A DNA stretch of 64,000 nucleotides from Eledone cirrhosa (Eukaryota). The notes under the pieces are model-generated. The model searched no databases. It had not been told where the DNA came from and was given only the letters and a program-made list of their open reading frames with translations. The DNA lies in contig OZ024740.1 in the NCBI GenBank assembly GCA_964016885.1, positions 424,824,001 to 424,888,000 on the forward strand, in the 5' to 3' direction. A program made the translations under genes and the position numbers. Below, piece by piece: positions 28,438 to 42,545 of this stretch (the first letter of the stretch is position 1; each line of letters begins with the position of its first letter).

Positions 28438-28480
28438 CATCAACAACAACAACAACAACAGGAAGAAAACAAAGGAAGAG
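28438..28480 (+). other. Candidate 43-bp host micro-exon ([14 protein letters not shown])
   Basis: Pyrimidine-rich tract, then ctgac-aacAG acceptor; donor GAG|GTGAGA; open frame. No supporting neighbouring exons found. Confidence 0.3.
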
Positions 28481-28983
28481 GTGAGAAAAGTCTGCTGGAA
28501 AAGCTGGAATTTAGTGTGGAATTCTTGTTATTTCATGTATATGTTACTTTATGTTTGTGTGTAAGTACAGGTGTATGTATGTGTGTATGTATGTATCTAT
28601 ATATGTATGTATGAACAGGTGTATGTGTGTATGTATGCATGTATGTATGTATGTATGAACAGGTGTATGTATGTATATATGTATGCACGTATGTACGTAC
28701 ATATGCTTGTATGTATATATGTATGTATATTTTTACATATGTATGTTCTTCTGGTTTTTTAATTTCATAAATTGTTACCAATAGAGAGAGAGAGTCGGTT
28801 TCTAATATAGATACAAGACTCTTTCATTGGAATTTACACAACATCAACTAAGTAGATGTGTCTGCATGTCTGCATGCATGTGTGTGCAGATATCGATGTT
28901 ATTGTATGTGTGGATGTGGATGTTTTGAGTTGTATGTGTGCATGTGTATATGCTTTGTATCTGTACAAGTGTATATGCAGTTA

Positions 28984-30728
28984 TTAGATGCAAAAGTTTT
29001 GGAATATTTTACATATTTTTACGGTTCCATTAATGGATTGTACTTGTAATTTCCTAACCAATCCTGTTCTTTCTGTTTCCGTGAAGCCCATCTTCTCAAG
29101 ATCTGTATTGAGGGAGTTACTAAAATACCTCAATGCCCCAATAATCACAGGCATAAATCTGAAGGTATATATAGTCAGGGTGGATTATCTGCAGATTTCT
29201 CATTAATTCTGCATAGATATTCTCCTTTTCGCTAATCTTTGATATTATATTGGCATCTGCTGGCCAGCTAATTTCCACTACTGTGCATGCCTTATTTTCC
29301 CTGTCCCATATCATAATATCTGGTCTGTTATGCCTGCATTTTATTGGGGTTTTTACTGGAACATTCCACCAGTACTCTTTCATATGTATATGTATGTCTT
29401 CCACATTGCTGTAGCTTTTAATGTGTTTATCATCGGGGCTATCTTTTCTACGGATTGCATTGTATAGTGTTTTGGCCACTACATCATGCCTCATAGGTAG
29501 ACAGTACCGCGATGACATCTTTGGACAGCTGCTGATGACATGGGTGACATCTTCGATGTTAATTCTGCATAGTCTGCACTTGTTATCACATCTAGGTGTT
29601 TTGCCTGCATCCCTATCTCTTTTGTGAATCAGGTATTTCGTGTTGATTTCCTGTTCTTGGATTGCAAAAGCGTATCCTTCAAAGTGGGAGCCAATATAGC
29701 GGTTGTTGGTCCAAGATAGACTGCTTTGTTTATCTAGATTACTCTCACTCTGGAGCTTCCTGGCAACATATCCATGCATGATTTTTTCCTGATAAGCATA
29801 CAGTTTTTCATCCATGGATTCACTGCGGTACTGCGGTAGTGCTTCGAGGTTCGTAAATGTTGTCGGAGGGATATGATGCGACATTCAAATGCTGTCTGGA
29901 CTGATGTTAGGCCTCTGCCTCCCTGCTTACGTTTCAAGTAAAGGCGGTCTATGTCACTGTTGATGTGGAAGTTTCCGGTGTTGTTTCGTATTTTTCGAGT
30001 CCTAACATCAATTGCTCGGATTTCGTCTATCGTCCAATTGAGTATTCCAAACGTTGGTGTTAGGACAGGCACAGTAAACACATTGTGAGACACTGTTTTA
30101 TTGTACGCAGAGAGTTCTGATGACCATTTTTTCTTAATCGGGTGTAATATTCCCTGCTTACGCGTTCCTTATTACAAATACCATTATAGGATATGTTCTC
30201 ATCTATCCCCAGGTATCTGTAGCAGTCCTCATCAGATATCGGTGAAACAGTTAGGACATTGATGAAAATGTTGCTATATTGGGTTGTAGTTTTTGCCCAC
30301 TTTACAGTCATATATGAACATTTATCTTGGCCAAACTCCATTCCTATATCCTTTGAGAATGTTGTAACAAGGTCAAGATTTTTCTTCATCCCATCCATGT
30401 TCTTGGCATAGAGTTTCAGATCATCCACAAAGAAATTATGGGTTAAGTTCATATTTTTGTCCCCCTGTCAGCCAATGATGTATCCTTCGCATTTCTTGAG
30501 CAGAAAGGACACTAAACAAGGGGTTTAGTGACAGAGAGAGTTTCCTTGAAATATACCCCTGTGATATTCTATTTTATCAGTGAAAATAGAGTCCTCCTTC
30601 TCTGTTTTTAACTTTAGGATAGTAGCCCAAGAAGAAGACAGCTTCTCTACGGTTCTGATTATAATGTCTGGAACTTTAGCAAGTCGGAGGGCCTCTATTA
30701 ACCAAGAGTGGGGAACAGAATCAAAAGT
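28984..30728 (-). mobile_element. 5'-truncated degenerate R4/Dong LINE (RT + CCHC + RLE)
   Basis: Motifs THNFFVDDLKLYA, GMEFGQDKC, RLYLKRKQGGRGL, AIQEQEINTK, CRLC..IEDVTHVISSC..RHD and NRPDIMIWD..VVEIS; ends GTVKICKIFQNFCI*. The 5' end abuts (TATG)n at 30731. Confidence 0.9.
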
Positions 30729-31659
30729 TTGTACGTATGTATGTATGTATGTATGTATGTATGTATGTATGTATGTATGTATGTATGTATGTATGTATGT
30801 ATTTATGTATGTATGTACCTATGTATGTGTGTACATGTGTCTGTATATAGTTATGTATGTATATTCATGTATATATTTACAAATGTGTATCATACATTTG
30901 TAAGCACCCGTGCTATTGTTATTCAACTCTAGATCAGATCTGGTTGAGCAGATTAAAGGGACCCCAGCTGTAAATATTGCCATATGTGCAGGGAAGCCAG
31001 GACCACAATCTTCAATGCATCTTTTGTAAAAGATGGTAAAATGTGATTTGACGGTGATTTGGTTGGTATTGCTAGCAGTTTCAATGGTCTTGGTACATTT
31101 TTATATATCCCGTGGTTCTCACAATATTTTATAAAGTTGTATGATCTGTACATAAAATTAAATATATATACATACACACTTAGATACCGACACATATACA
31201 CACGCACGTAGGTGCACACACACACACACGCACTCATATATATGTACATGTATGTGTGTGAGTATGTGTGTGAGTATGTGTGTGTGTGTGTATGTGTGTG
31301 TGCGTATGTGTTTGTGCGCATGTGTGTACGAAACGTGATTATATGCAGTTTTCTGACGCTTTAGAAGTAAGAACTAACTCCGTCGCTTTAAACGATATGA
31401 AAGGATGATCAAGGTGAATATGATTTTGATCATCGATCTGCTAAATCTTTAAAATAAATGAATAAATAATTAAATAAATAATTAAATACATAAATAAATA
31501 AAATCATGTTTATATGCCTAAAACATTGCAGCAATTTCTCCAACAATTTTCAACAAATCCCATATTTGACAATGTGGAGTTGACTATTGTATATATAAAC
31601 AAACCCTAAACCCCGCACAACCACCGACCAAACTTCCACAATATTTAACAAAACCAATT

Positions 31660-31931
31660 AGTTGGTAAGGGTGTTGAACTTACGACCATAATGTCTCGGG
31701 TTCGATTCCTGGACTGGGCTGTATATTGTGTTCTTGAGCAAAACATTTCATTTCACGTTGCCACAGTATACTCAACCGAAAATGAGTAACATATGGGGGG
31801 GGGGGGGGGTTAAACCTGCGATGGAGTAGCGTCTTGCACAAGAGGGAGTCTTGTACTCTCAGTCGATTCAGGCCACATAAATCGGGAGAAGTACAGGCCT
31901 GATGACCCTTCGGGGCTTGAGGCAGACTTTA
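31660..31931 (+). mobile_element. tRNA-derived SINE
   Basis: A-box-like tagttggtaaggg, B box ggttcgattcc, body tgtgttcttgagcaaaacattt. A paralogous fragment lies at 62730-62920. Confidence 0.7.
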
Positions 31932-32119
31932 AATATTTTAGAATCAGTTTTTTTCTAAAATACACGCAATAGCTTTTCACAATGTCAGTGTTTACGTATT
32001 TTGTGATTTCAATGATTGGAAGGCGATTTATTTGGAAGTAAGTTTATATACTTTAAATATATGTAGCACGAGAGTCGCTCCAATTCGAGCTGCTACTTCA
32101 CAGGATAAAGAGATCACAG

Positions 32120-32292
32120 TTATGATATTACGGACCTGTAGCTAAAATGTACCAGGAAAAGAATCGTTAGATGGATTTAACGGACAGAAACAATTGGCAG
32201 GAGACCCAGGCATAGACCTCGAGCAAGATGGTTGGATAACATCCATGAGCTCGGCTGGTCACACTTGGGGATTCAACCGGATCATTTGGTGA
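32120..32292 (+). mobile_element. RTE-clade LINE C-terminal fragment
   Basis: Manual translation IGRRPRHRPRARWLDNIHELGWSHLGIQP resembles the RTE/Expander GRPR.RW.D motif. Confidence 0.55.
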
Positions 32293-32637
32293 CAAGGAAA
32301 AAAAATATAATTTAATTGGTGTAGGGTGTCGCTCGGACTGTATTTAAACATTAACAATGCAGCAACCAATTGGTGTAGGGTGTCGCTCAGACTGTATTTA
32401 AACATTAACAATGCAGCAACCAAGTGTTCAGAATGGAAGCATCATAAGGATCGAGGATAAATTCCTAAACGAATACTTGCTTTCTGATGGTCTTCCATGC
32501 AGCATCAGATAAACAATGTTATATATGTATATATGTTTACCGTAAACTATTGAATGTGAGACTGCTACATCACGTATTGAGGGATTGTTTTTGAAATGCA
32601 AGAGACGGCAAGCTACAAACTAAATATTCACCTGAAG

Positions 32638-32751
<114 letters not shown>

Positions 32752-33667
32752 CCACCCACACACCCACACACACACCACACGCACACACACGCACGCACAC
32801 CACATACACACACACGTACACACACACAAACAAACAAGCAATTATTTATTCTGAAACAATCAAAACATGTACCTTCTGTATTCGATTTAGTAAGTCGCCG
32901 ACATGCCTAACAGATTAGCAGAAATGTTCTATTAAACAGAAATGTTCTATTAAAGATGTAGACACCTCCAACAGTTTTTCGAGCTCCAGTTTAGTTCACC
33001 GTATCTCGTCAGTGGGTGTTAAACTAAATAACAAGACAAACAAACAAAACAGCACCCAAAAGCCGTAAGGGATCCTAAATTACAGAAACAATAGCTCATC
33101 TCTATTAACAAGATCAGTGAGATTGAGTTGAATGAGATACAGTAACCGAGAATTGCCAACACTTGATACAGCAGATAATGAGAAATAAGATACAGCTTTC
33201 CAAAGACCTACAAGTTGAACTTTCTAGATGGAAAATATAAGATGCCTTTACTTAACAGTAAAATACCAGAAACAATTGAATGAGAAAAATCTTGGTACAC
33301 TGAAGAATGAAAAGGGAAAATCTGGAGATAACTCCCCATATCAGGATTCAGGGAGTAGGGACATTGTATTGCACTTCACTGGAAGCTGATTAATGGAATT
33401 TGAGACAAAGAAAGGAGGGCTGAAAGGAAAAGCAAAGAAGATTGTCTAAAAAACAATTATTACACTTCAGTGAAGTATCTAGGAACTTACTGGTCGTCAC
33501 TGGTATAATGGTATGGTATTGACCTGTAAATCCCCAGGGAGGCGTGAGGTTCCATATTGACATGTGGCGTTTCTTAGGGTATTTTAAAACCTGGCGGAGC
33601 CCCTCTCCAGGTCTGAAGTATAGAGAGAGTAAGTGACTGGAAGTGAGAAAGAGATATTTGAGGAATA

Positions 33668-33814
33668 ATCGACCCAGTATTAGACTGGTACTTATTTATC
33701 GACCTTGAATGGATGAAAGGAAAAGTTGACCTCGGTGGGATTTGAAATCAGAGAGCAGAGAGCCGGAATAAATACTACAAAGTATTCTATCCGACTTTCT
33801 AAGGATTCGCCGCC
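33668..33814 (-). mobile_element. Octopus-type (OR-like) tRNA-derived SINE
   Basis: Minus strand reads ttcaaatcccaccgaggtcaacttttcctttcatccattcaaggtcgataaataagtaccagt...tactgggtcga, matching my recollection of the abundant octopus SINE consensus (not database-checked). Confidence 0.7.
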
Positions 33815-34173
33815 TACAACTGAAATAATTTCTTATTACCCTGTAACTGATGAGGGGATCGTATGGGCCCATCCTCTCTCGAGGTCTGAACACACAGTCA
33901 GGACCCCTATCTTAAAAAAATAATAATAAAGAAACATATCTATTTATCTATCTATCTATCTATCTATCTTGATAGAGTAAGACACACTTCACATCGGCTC
34001 CGCTATTCCATCGGGATTTACCCTTACTATTGTAAGTACCGGATAAATTTTTCAGTGCAACACATTTGGAACACGAAGCCCTGTTATTTAGGGAAACATT
34101 TTTGCATTTACCCCCTTTTTAGGGGGTAAAATAAATATCTATTTTTTTGCCGAAAAATTTCTTTCTTGGCAGC

Positions 34174-36011
34174 ATGGCGGAAAAGATGGCAGACATGTCT
34201 GCCATTAGCTCTGCCACGCCCCCCAAGTCTGAAGAACAAAAAATAATTACAACAAAATTAGACAACGAAACAAACAAGGAAAATGAAAAAACAAATGTTA
34301 AGGAAAATGAGCAAACGGAAAACAAAAAAAAAGAAAATAATACAAATAACAACAGGGCAACTTTCGCCCAGAAAACAAAACAATCCATAACATACACACC
34401 AATTGACTTAACTGCCGCCAGAGAAAAACTGGCCGAAGCGAAAAAACAAATAGTCTTGGGGGAGAACGGAATGTTTTCCATTAACTCCCCCCCAGAATTC
34501 AAGAAAGCCAGAACAGAGAGCACAGTTCTCTTCAGAACTATACTGAACCAAACAAGAAAGCCAGCACAGCCCAGCCAAATGGAGATAGAGTTGGTCCTAA
34601 AAGACTATATGAAGAATATTCTCTTCATACGAAAGGACCGACTCTATGGCAGCATTTCGGTCTTAACAAAAGACAAGGAAACGGCGGAGAAGCTTTCCCT
34701 AAGCCCACTCTCATCGACAACATACAGCTTCTATCCCTCCTACATGGGTAGAAGAATACAGAGAGTAAATGTAAAAACAATGCTGCCCACAATGGACTTC
34801 TGGTGGGCTATTGCTGGCTTCATAGACATGGGCGAAGACACAATGCTGTCAATGGGGAAGGCAACTGGAGATGCGTTCCTGGGAATGGGCCTCGACATAC
34901 TAGTCCAAACGAGGCCCGAAAGAATAGCACAAATCCCGGATCGCATCTGGCTGGATGACCTTACACCAATAGATATAATTGTAGAGGGGAGAAGACCAGC
35001 ATGCTATTTATGCATGGAAAGGGGACACGTTAAGGCTAACTGCCCGAAACGTATCCTCCAAAAAGGACTATTGCCCACACACACCACAAACAGTACACCA
35101 ACACCACCCACCTCCAAAAATACACTAATACCACACACAGCAAACAAAATACAGACACCACCAACCACAAACACAACACAAACATCACCACCACCAGCAC
35201 CAAACACAAGCACGACACAAAAATCACCACCACCAACCACAACACAAACATCACCACCACCATCACCAACCACAAGCACGACACAAACAGCACCACCACC
35301 ACCACAAAACCCATTCCAAACAAATAATAAAAAAAACAGTAACAAATCTACCCCTCCCGCAAAAAAAAACAACCACACAACACATCCCTCCCACCTAGCG
35401 CTGAAGAGTTTCCCCCAACTTCTGAAGAAGAAGGAGGAGAAGCCTTCAGACAAGTTAAAAGAAAAAAAAGAAAACACACACCCAGCACACCACAAATAAC
35501 CCACACACAAACACCAACTCCAATCAAAAACACCCCACCCTCAACAAACAAAAATAAATCTGCGCCTCCCCTCTCCGAAACATTGACAGCATCACAAAAA
35601 AAGACGTTGCAATACACATATATAAATAAAGAAAACAAAAAAACTGGTTAAATTAATAAACAATAACCCTATGGTGCAGACCGAAGGGCCAAACTTTATC
35701 TCAACAGAGAACTTCACCCATTTAAAAATGATAAAGGTCCCTCTGGACTTTTATCGTTCCTTAAAAGAACAATTTAGACGGGACGCGAGCCCCCCCCCCC
35801 CTGTTTAAAACCGTTAAATCGCGTCCTCTTGAAAGATTTCCCCATAACCGCCCCTCTCCCTGACACAACTCCAAATACCCCAACCCCACCACACACGGGT
35901 ACCCCCACACCACCACAAAACAACCCTCCACCCAACACACCTGATGCCATGGAAATTACACAACCCGGAGAGGTAGGTGCTTTTCTTTCTTCACTTTCAA
36001 CACCAAAATAG
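34174..36011 (+). pseudogene. Tx1 copy 2 ORF1
   Basis: VEGRRPACYLCMERGHVKANCP knuckle. FIRKDRLYGS and FYPSYMG are shared with copy 1. Frameshifted in the 3' part. Confidence 0.85.
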
Positions 36012-39000
36012 ATCAATTGAGAGTTGGCTGTTTGAACGCGCGTGGCCTGGGCTCAGCTTGGAAGCAAGCAAAGCTTCTAAATGACCTCAGGTCACAAAGT
36101 ATAGATGTGATGGTTGTTTGCGAGAGTCGGATCAGCAGCGTGAGACAGCTGGCGCCCGCCTTCGATGACTTTGAGATGCACGCATCTCTCTGTCAACCCG
36201 GAGGCGGGGGGGGGGGGAGTTGCCGTACTGCTGGATAAACGTCTGGCTCTCGACGTACAGATTGTTCACTCGGACCCGGGGGGTCGATTACTGGTGCTGG
36301 ACGTCGGAGGCGGTGAAGGCGGGGCTTTCAGACTGGTCGGTCTTTATGCCCCCTTCGGGGCTGAAAGAGCCGACTTCTTCCAGCGTCTGGAGACATTTCT
36401 AGGAACGTCGCGTTCCCTGCTTTTAGTGGGGGACGGGAATGGAATCCTAGATGCGCGTTGGGACTATGCAGGGGCATTCCCGATAGAGGGGGGTGTAGCA
36501 GCCTCAAGGGGTTACTCGATCGATTCGACCTGGTCGATAGATTTCGACTAGATTGTCCAACTGCGCCAACCTGGACCTGGGCAAACCGCAGTGGACAATC
36601 TAGATCGTACCTAGATAGGTTTTTGGTTAGGAGTAAGGATAGGGACGTATTTAGTTGTCCAGAATTGATCATGGTTGGCTATTCAGATCACAAATTAGTG
36701 ACCTGCGTGGTCAACCTTGATAGAACGCATAGACAGGGTCCCGGTTACTGGAAGATGAACTTGTCCTTGCCGGCAAAGAAAGATTACAGGAACCGGATTA
36801 GTAGCTTAGTTAAGATGCGGTTGACGGGAGCGATCGTCAACAGTAGGTGGTGGGTATCTCTAAAGAGAGAGATTAGAGTAAGTTCGATAGGTTACAGTAA
36901 GGAACTAGCGGCGAATAGAAATAGGAAGGAAAGGGAGTTAACAGATAAACTAGAAGAGGCGATTAGGAGCGGAGACGTAGCCAGAGTGTTAGCGGCGAGA
37001 ACGGCGTTGAGCCAGTTCTTTGAGGCGAAGCACGAAGGCTGCGTTGTCCGAAGTAAAATACGTGCTTTAGGAAACGAGGGGACCAAAGCTGTTAGCTGGG
37101 CACGCGTGACAGAAGCCAAGAGTGGGATTAAATCCACCATTCGGTCTTTGCGAGACCAGGATGGACGGGTGATCCTTGAACCTGAGCGGATGTGCGAGGC
37201 CTTTCAAAGGCACTTTGCTCGACTGTTCAGAGGAGGCGGGTGGCCGGACGGGGATGTGGACGTCGGTCCATACCTCTACGGTCTACCGCGTCTTTCGAGC
37301 GGCGAAGCGGAGTGCTGCGAAAGGCCAATCACAGCCACTGAAATCGGGGAAGCGCTCAGCCAATGCAGCAGACGCAAATCCCCGGGTCTCGATGGTCTAC
37401 CATACGAACTTTATTTAGCTATGCCGGTCTTGTTCTCCGAACTCCTCGAGGCTGTCTATTGCAACTGGCAACAGAACGGGAGAATTCCCTGTTCTGTGAC
37501 CAAGGGCGTGGTCACGCTAGTGAGGAAGGACGAGAGCAAGGGGGACGACTTAAGTAACTTTAGGCCCATAACTCTGCTGAATGCAGAGTTACAGATTTTG
37601 GCCAAGGTGTTGGCGAAGAGGTTGGCGCTTGTGGTGGGTGGTTTGGTGGGAGACGCGCAGACATGCGCTATCCCGTCCAGGTCCATTCACGACAACCTCC
37701 ACCTTATGCGATACATCATAGAGAGGGTTGTCAACGAACCCGGCTTTGGTGGGGCCCTGATCAACTTGGATCAATCTAAGGCGTTCGATAGGGTCGACCA
37801 TGGTTACCTGGATGCGGTGCTAGCGGCGGCGGGCTTCGGACCCGTTTTTAGGGGCTGGATTTCTGCCATGCACAGTGGCAACATCTACTCTAGGATTAAA
37901 GTAAACGGCTACCTCTCGGAGCCGTTTCAAATCACCCGATCCATCAGACAGGGGTGCCCCCTCTGCTCCCTTCTGTACGTATTGACCCTCGAGCCACTGC
38001 TGCGGAAGTTGGAGTTGCTGCGGGGCATACCCCTGGATCCGGGATTGCACAAAGCGGTCTCGGCCTATGCCGACGACGTAACAGTAATGGTGGCGGACGC
38101 CTCGGAAATCGGGGCGATCGCCACCCTACTGGAGGAATACGAAAGGCTGACGGGGGCTAGGCTGAACCAGGACAAGTCAGTCGGTTTGCAACTCGGAACG
38201 TGGAGGGGCAAACCGATGCCGTTAGACGGTGTCGTCGGGCGGTGGACGGAGGGCCCGGTGAAGCTGCTCGGGGTCTGGTTCGGACTGGACCTCCAGGTGG
38301 AGAAGAATTGGGGCGAGGTGACGAGCAGGGTGTTTGCGCTGACCCAGAAGTGGGCCAAGTGCAAACTATCACTGAAAGGTCGGGCGGAGGTGACGAACGC
38401 TTACATAGCGTCCGTCATCTACTACCGCCTGACCGTCGTGCCTTGCCCCAAGGAAAAGCTCACCATCATGGAACGCATGCTCTTCCAGTTCCTCTGGAAG
38501 AAGCGGCCTCCCATGGTGAGGAGACCCATCTGCTGCCAGCACCCTTCGAAAGGAGGCTGGGTATGCCGTGGCTGTTGATGCGTAGGCACGCATTGAGGCT
38601 ACGGCATCTACAGGTATTCCTCAACGGTCAGCCGGTGTGGGCCCCGTTTGTGAGGCGTGCCTTCTCACAGCTCGTCTCGCTCACCGAACTGCAATCCTGG
38701 GTGAAGCAAAGACCGAGAAAACTAGGCAACTGGTACACCGAGTGTGCCCAGGCGCTCACGGCTATCTGGCAAGCGGACCCGACTATCAGTGGAGAATCCA
38801 CCTCGACATTCTATAGAGGGTTGGTGGCTAGCAAGAGCGACGACACCCTTGGAGAGTCGCTAGGCATGGAGGAGGACGAACTGGCCAGCCTGTTCGGTAG
38901 AACTTTCGGCCCGGGACCCATGGACAACTTCCAGAGGTCCCTAGCCTGGCAGTGTTACCGGGGGGCTCTGCCCGTTCGAGAAAAGCTCTACAGACACGGG

Positions 39001-39447
39001 CGCCCGGGCAGGGATCCCACGAAAAAGATCTTCCCCAGATGCGTGCGCGACGAGAAAACCGTTGCGCATGCACTGGTACACTGCCCGGGCGTTGCCGATC
39101 TGTGAGGCTACGTCGAACGACTGCTGTCGCGTGTGGCGCCAATTCGATTAACCGCCGAGTCTGTGGTGAACATCAAGCCGCCTCCTCCCTTCAGAAATGA
39201 AGCAGAGGCGGTCTTTCTGTGCGTAATAGCCATGATGAAAGAGGTTATGTGGTGGACGCGCCTGAAAGGTCTGAGGTCGGGTGATTTTCTCTCCGGCCAT
39301 CACCTGGTTTACTTCTTCCGATACCACTTCGGAAGAAGGATCAGGATGGAGAGAGAAGTGCTTGGCCCCAGACAGTTTTATGAAAGGTGGGTGAAAGAAG
39401 CGAGAATGGCCCGTGTAAATGGGCCTTCTCTCTACATTGTTCTGTAG
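36008..39447 (+). pseudogene. Tx1 copy 2 ORF2 (APE-RT)
   Basis: Pieces 36017-36238, 36165-36551, 36458-38578, 38200-39105 and 39133-39447. AYADDV and QGCPL motifs. The start codon appears mutated to ATA. Confidence 0.9.
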
Positions 39448-40054
39448 GTGAAGAAGTGAAGAGGAAAGGGGGAGCGCCTCCTCTCTGGGCTTCCCCCGCG
39501 AAAAGAGTTGCACACTTTTCGGGGGTATGTGCAATCCCCAACACGCCCCCTCCCTTTTGAGGACTTTTTATTGTTATATTATTATTGTTATTCCTTTTTT
39601 CTTTACTCGATTTATGTAAACTCCCCCACTGTGTAAATGTCCCCTTCTTTTGTGCCCTCGTGGCAAATAAATAGAAATTTATCTATCTACTTACCTCCAT
39701 ACCTACCTCTCCATCCATGCCCACCACACCCAGCTTCTCTCTATGCCAGCTGTTAATTATAATAATTAATTCGAATCTCTTGACATCCTTAACTACACTG
39801 TAATGGACCCCCTCCCCGTCAGGTTTCAGTCGAGATGCCGGACTATTTAGCTTTATATCGGATAATCTGTGTCTCTGGGTGTGTACGTGTGCACTCGTAT
39901 GTGTGTCTGCATTTTGTACACACCTACACCTACACACATACACACACGCAGCCACACACACATATACATACATACATATATACATATATATATATATGTG
40001 TGTGTATATATATATATCCCACATACATATATATATAAATCCCATATATATATA

Positions 40055-40299
40055 TAGTAATAATAATTCTAATAATAATAAATTTGAAGACTAAAATCCA
40101 AAGAGGGCTCGATAAGGGGACATATATATCAGATATATAAGAACCGTAGAGCAAATATTTATTAAAATAACAGATTAAAGTTTAAGCAAAGAATCGCTGC
40201 TTTCACCCTTAACGGGATCTTCTGAGTTTCAGAAGATCCCGTTAAGGGTGAAAGCAGCGATTCTTTGCTTAAACTTTAATCTGTTATTTTAATAAATAA

Positions 40300-40300
<1 letters not shown>
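40055..40300. mobile_element. Hairpin element family B, copy 2
   Basis: Near-perfect inverted arms meeting at about 40225. Full HHR-like motif at 40225-40275. Confidence 0.75.
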
Positions 40301-40331
<31 letters not shown>

Positions 40332-40379
40332 ATATAGATATTCATGGTGTTGAGAATTATATATATGTCATATTAAATG

Positions 40380-41559
40380 TGTATGCACGAGTTTTTGCGG
40401 TTGTATGTTTGAGTAGATTTATGTAAGTGGAGGAGAGTGTGTGAATAAGTGTATGTATCCGTGCACGCGCATGTGTGTGAGTGTATGTGAATGTGTATGT
40501 GTGTGTGTATATGTGAATGTGTATGTGTGCGTGTGTATATGTGTATGTGTATGTGTGTGTGTGTCTATGTGTATGTGCATGTGTATGTGTGTATATGTGT
40601 ATGTGTATGTGTGTATATGTGAATGCGTATGTGTGTGAATGTGTATGTGTATGTGTGTATGCTTATGTGTATGTGTGTATATGTGTATCTGTGTGAATGT
40701 GTATGTGTATGTATGTATATGTGCATCATGTGTATATGTATGTATATGTATATGTGTGTGTGTATATGTATGTGTATGTAGGTGTATGTGTGGGTGGTGT
40801 AGTATGAGTACAAGTAGGATATTTCTTATTTCTGTTAAGGAAGTGACGCCAATTTAATTAAAATTGACATTTTGAAAGCTTTTAATGATTTTTAAATATG
40901 GTTTCCCATTTCTTTAATTGCTAATGTTATCAAACATAAGAAAACATCTGACTTGATTGTCAAACATTTCTTGTCTCTATTATAGCAGAGGTGATACGTG
41001 TGTGTGTGTGGGTAGGTGGTGGTGGTGGTGGTGGGGGGGGGGGGGGGGGGGCTGTGTGTGTGGGGGGGGGATTGTGTGTGTGTGTGGAAGGGGGCTGTGT
41101 GTGTGTGGGGGGGGGGCTGTGTGTGTGGCCATGTGTGTGTTTGGGGGCTGTGTGTGTGGGGGATTGTGTGTGTGGCCATGTATGTGTTTGGGGGCTGTGT
41201 GGTGGTGGTGGTGGGGGGTGGGGGGTGGGGGACGGGACTGTGCGTGTGGCCATGTGTGTGTTTGGGGGTTGTGTGTGTGTGTGTGTGGGGGGGGGCGGGG
41301 CGTGGCTGTGTGTGTGGCTGTGTGTGTGGCTATGTGTGTGGCTGTATCTGTTTGGTCGTGTGTGTGGCCGTGTGTGTAGCTGTGTGTGTGTCTGTGTGTG
41401 TCTAGCTGTGTAGAAGTGTCTGTGCGTGTGGCTGTGTGTGTGGTTGTGTAGAAGTGTGTCTGTGTGTGTGTGTGTGTAGAAGTGTGTGTGTCGCTGTGTA
41501 GAATTGTCTGTGTGTCTTTTAATTTTCTCTTGTTTTTTTTAATTGAAATTCGTATTGTT

Positions 41560-41650
<91 letters not shown>

Positions 41651-42163
41651 TTATGTATGCATGTATATATATTTATGTATGTATGTACGTATATATATGT
41701 ATGTGTATATATACATACATACATACTTATATATATACGTACATACATACATAAATATATATACATGTATGTATGTACGTATGTATATATGTATGTATGT
41801 ATATATGCATGTATATATTATGTATATATGCATGTATATATGTATGTATATATGTATGTATGTATATATATATATATATATACAATGATTATCGCATAAT
41901 TATCTTTATTACATCTACTCTCTGCCTTCTTTCTTTTCTTAGATTTTTTAAACATATTGTTATTGTGTGTGTATGTGTGTGTATATATATATGTGTGTGT
42001 GTTTGTGTGTGCATTTGTTTTGGTTTTGTTGTTGATATTATTGTTGTTGTTTGGAGTTGGTGATGTGGCTGGTTGTTCGTTATTTAATATATTTGCTGTG
42101 TTGTTGTTGTGGTTGTTGTTGTTGTTGTAGTAGTAGCTGTAGTAGTAGTAGTTGTAGTAATAT

Positions 42164-42222
<59 letters not shown>

Positions 42223-42545
42223 ATAGTAGTAGTAGTAGTAGTAGTAATAGTAGTAGATGGTGGTGGTGGTGGTGGTGGTGGTGGCGGCGGTGGTGGTGTT
42301 GGTGGTGATGATGATGATGATGATGATGGTGATGATGGTGATTATGGTGGTGGTGGCGGTGGTGGTGATGATGTTGATGATGATAAACACTTTCTTTGAT
42401 GTCACCTTATATGATTATGAAATTTGTTGTCACCATTATCATCGTCATCAACATTATTATCAACATTATTATCAACATTATTATCATCATCGTCATCATC
42501 ATCACTATCATCATCACCATTATTGTCATCATAATGGTCCTCACT
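40380..42545. repeat. Compound low-complexity region: (TG)/(TATG), G-rich GGT/GGGG tract, (TA), (TTG), (TAG), (TGG), (ATG), (ATC)
   Basis: Seen directly in the sequence. Confidence 0.9.

Larger units (their letters stand above)
33971..39677 (+). mobile_element. Full-length Tx1 LINE, copy 2 (divergent subfamily, multiple frameshifts)
   Basis: Colinear with copy 1. Flanked by (TATC)n on both sides (33937-33970 and 39678-39689). Confidence 0.92.

Noticed and set aside
31660-31725. tRNA gene
   Set aside because: A/B boxes are present but there is no complete cloverleaf, and the sequence continues into a SINE body.
33846-33905. CTGATGAG-gggat..atcctc hammerhead-like motif
   Set aside because: No correctly placed GAAA or stems I/III.
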